Positions 62,032 through 64,000 of a stretch of DNA of 64,000 nucleotides are shown piece by piece. This stretch comes from Promethearchaeota archaeon (lineage in GTDB: Archaea > Asgardarchaeota > Lokiarchaeia > Sigyniarchaeales > SOKP01). The translations under genes and the position numbers were made by a program. Below the pieces are notes generated by a model that was not told the DNA's origin, did not search any database, and saw only the letters and a program-made list of their open reading frames with translations. The stretch's first letter is position 1. Every line of letters begins with the position of its first letter. Location: NCBI GenBank assembly GCA_016839585.1, contig JAEOTZ010000018.1:64948-128947 (forward strand). The letters run 5' to 3'.

Positions 62032-63456
62032 ATGACCGAAATAGAACAATCAAAAAATAAAGAATTATTTAAGACAAATAAAGTCAAACAGGCTCGATTT
62101 TCTGATGATTATAAATACATCATTGATAGCGAGGGTCAGAAAGTTGAACTTGACGATTCTAGGATTGTATTTGTAGATCCTGAACCCCGAAATTCCTATG
62201 GAAGACGGCTTGTAATAAATTTATTCAAAAAATATAACCGTAACTTTAGGATTAGTAAAGAGACTGATGCATCTATTTTACAATATTCAAAAAAAATATG
62301 CTCTGGAAGAGAATGTCTTGCAAGTGTTGCTATTGCAGGGGCAGTCTTAAAGGATATACATGAATATAGAGATACAAATGAAATCACTATCTATCGGACT
62401 CCAATAGATCAACACGGTCCATGCCAGAATGGGGCATGGCCAGTTCTTTGGGAGACATTTGCGAAAAGACTAAATATGAAAAATGCAATTTTTTGCGCTT
62501 TTCCTAAATATTCTAACAATTATTTAGGGTTGAATCGCGATTTAATAGCATGGGAAAATTTAAATTTTGTCATAGGACAATATCTTATCGAAGCAAGAAA
62601 TGCTTTGCAATGCGTTGCTGAAAAAAAAAATATAGCTTTGGATAAATTTGAAGAATTAACAAGTGATTTTATTGATAATGTAAAAGAAGGAAAGAAAACA
62701 TTGAACACCGGTTTAGTAAAATGGGCAAAAGAAGTTGCGCAAATACCTCTCAAAGCTAAAATTAAAGAAATCCCCAAAGTATTAATTTTTGGAGGATTAA
62801 ATTTAATGTTTGATCATTATCCTATAGAAGATTTTTTTCTTGAAAGGGGAATTATTACGAAAGTTGTAGATATAGTTGAATCAATGAGCCTAATTTTAGC
62901 CGAAAGTACTATAAGATATGTATTCAAAAAAGGATTTATCACTCCAAAAGAGCAATTTAATGAACAACTACTCGATCCTACTGATTTAGATGAAAATGAT
63001 AGAAAAGAAGCTCTAAGAGCAAAAAGAAGTAGAAATGCTTTAAAATTCTTAGATTCACAATGTAAAATTTTCAGAAAAATTATGGGAAAATCAGGATTAT
63101 TGTTTGATTCATATATAGATTTTATTGATCTCCTTAATGAAGGAAATAAATATGTCTCTTCAAATAGTCTTAGTGAAACTCCAGTAATAACTGGGAGATT
63201 TTTACATTCAATTAAAGAAGGTATTTACGATGGCTTAATTAATTTAGGGACATTTAATTGTCAACCTGCAATGAACTCTCAGGCTATTATTCGTCCATTA
63301 GCTAATAAGTGCGATATTCCATACGCAGCAATAGATTGTGAAGGACCGTGGATATCAACAAATCAACGCAGACTTCTTGAAACAATTGCTGTGCAAGCTA
63401 AAAGATTACGCAAAAAGAAGAATGAGAAAACAATACAGGTATATTCACAAGTCTAA
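62032..63456 (+). CDS. PlsR-like Fe-S reductase/dehydratase-type subunit
   Basis: CSGRECL, GPCQNG.W, G.FNCQP; starts 3 nt after the PlsA-like stop. Confidence 0.75.
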   Translation: MTEIEQSKNKELFKTNKVKQARFSDDYKYIIDSEGQKVELDDSRIVFVDPEPRNSYGRRLVINLFKKYNRNFRISKETDASILQYSKKICSGRECLASVAIAGAVLKDIHEYRDTNEITIYRTPIDQHGPCQNGAWPVLWETFAKRLNMKNAIFCAFPKYSNNYLGLNRDLIAWENLNFVIGQYLIEARNALQCVAEKKNIALDKFEELTSDFIDNVKEGKKTLNTGLVKWAKEVAQIPLKAKIKEIPKVLIFGGLNLMFDHYPIEDFFLERGIITKVVDIVESMSLILAESTIRYVFKKGFITPKEQFNEQLLDPTDLDENDRKEALRAKRSRNALKFLDSQCKIFRKIMGKSGLLFDSYIDFIDLLNEGNKYVSSNSLSETPVITGRFLHSIKEGIYDGLINLGTFNCQPAMNSQAIIRPLANKCDIPYAAIDCEGPWISTNQRRLLETIAVQAKRLRKKKNEKTIQVYSQV

Positions 63457-63732
63457 AAGTAACCTCATGTAAATTAAACCTTATCATTTGATTTAATAAA
63501 TTATAACTATTAATTCTACAAGCAGCATTCTAATATTTTTATTTTCTTCAATTTTATTAATTAAAACTGAGATTTTTAATAAAAGGCTTCATACTTTTGA
63601 TAATTTGTTTATAATGGGTAATTTTTTATTGTTTGCTTTGTTATTTAAACAAAAGTGTATTTAAGTAAACGTCGATTATAATCATTTAAGATTCAAGGAG
63701 TTCACATCTCTAATCCCAACCCTGTGTTTGAC

Positions 63733-64000
63733 ATGAGCGAAGAAAAACTAGCAATACATAAAAGAAAAGTAGAAGTGATCTCTGAAATGGTTAGAAATGC
63801 GTACGATAACACGAAACCAGGAGAATATTTCTCTCTAAAAAAGGCGAGCGTTTCCCATATGGCTCCACAGCCAGATAACCCGATGTATAGCGACAAGCCG
63901 ATAGATGTGAAGTCACTTACAGACATTATTGAGATAAACACGGATACAAGGATGTGTATTGCAGAAGCAGGGGTTACATTTGTTAGGCTTGCAAGAGAAA
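63733..64000 (+). CDS. 3'-truncated FAD-binding oxidoreductase (VAO/PCMH family, DHCR24-like N-terminus); not in the ORF track
   Basis: My translation: MSEEKLAIHKRKVEVISEMVR...KKASVSHMAP...PIDVKSLTDIIEINTDTRMCIAEAGVTFVRLARE, open to the window end. Confidence 0.7.
   Translation, partial: MSEEKLAIHKRKVEVISEMVRNAYDNTKPGEYFSLKKASVSHMAPQPDNPMYSDKPIDVKSLTDIIEINTDTRMCIAEAGVTFVRLARE

Noticed and set aside
748-62777. Short ORF-track entries antisense to or nested in long genes (e.g. 748-1110, 3733-4029, 6529-6843, 7368-7736, 22049-22378, 43373-43723, 62520-62777)
   Set aside because: Shadow ORFs overlapping well-supported genes, with no recognisable motifs.
63702-63941. 79-aa minus-strand ORF
   Set aside because: Antisense shadow of the truncated + strand flavoprotein.
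1-64000. tRNA and rRNA genes
   Set aside because: Intergenic regions are short and very AT-rich; no cloverleaf or rRNA-like GC-rich segment was seen by eye.

Overview
AT-rich, gene-dense archaeal DNA, most likely from an Asgard archaeon (Lokiarchaeia-like). This assignment is inferred from three small Ras-superfamily GTPases (one fused to a longin-like domain), a GPP34/GOLPH3-like protein, a V4R-like protein, zinc-ribbon membrane proteins, an IPG-TM-basic sorting tail and several beta-oxidation paralogs. About 50 CDSs were called. No rRNA, tRNA, CRISPR array, integrase or transposase was seen. The best candidate for an undescribed system is a co-oriented cluster at 55.1-64 kb: HAD phosphatase, a protein with two intact PlsC-type acyltransferase domains, a stand-alone DUF2229 Fe-S reductase module, a PlsA-like (activase-activase-DUF2229) plus PlsR-like pair, and a truncated VAO/PCMH flavoprotein. 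Together these look like a bacterial-type acyl-glycerolipid to plasmalogen/alkyl-ether pathway in an archaeon. Other notable items: a 58-bp direct repeat flanking one beta-propeller surface-protein gene, three LMW phosphatases with YwlE-like (phospho-arginine) P-loops, a SIR2-TPR gene directly upstream of nadB, a crotonase with a DnaJ-type zinc-finger insertion, an orphan HypD glycyl-radical enzyme, three palindromic operator candidates, probable ATA start codons and one frameshifted gene. All family calls come from reading motifs by eye; no searches were run.
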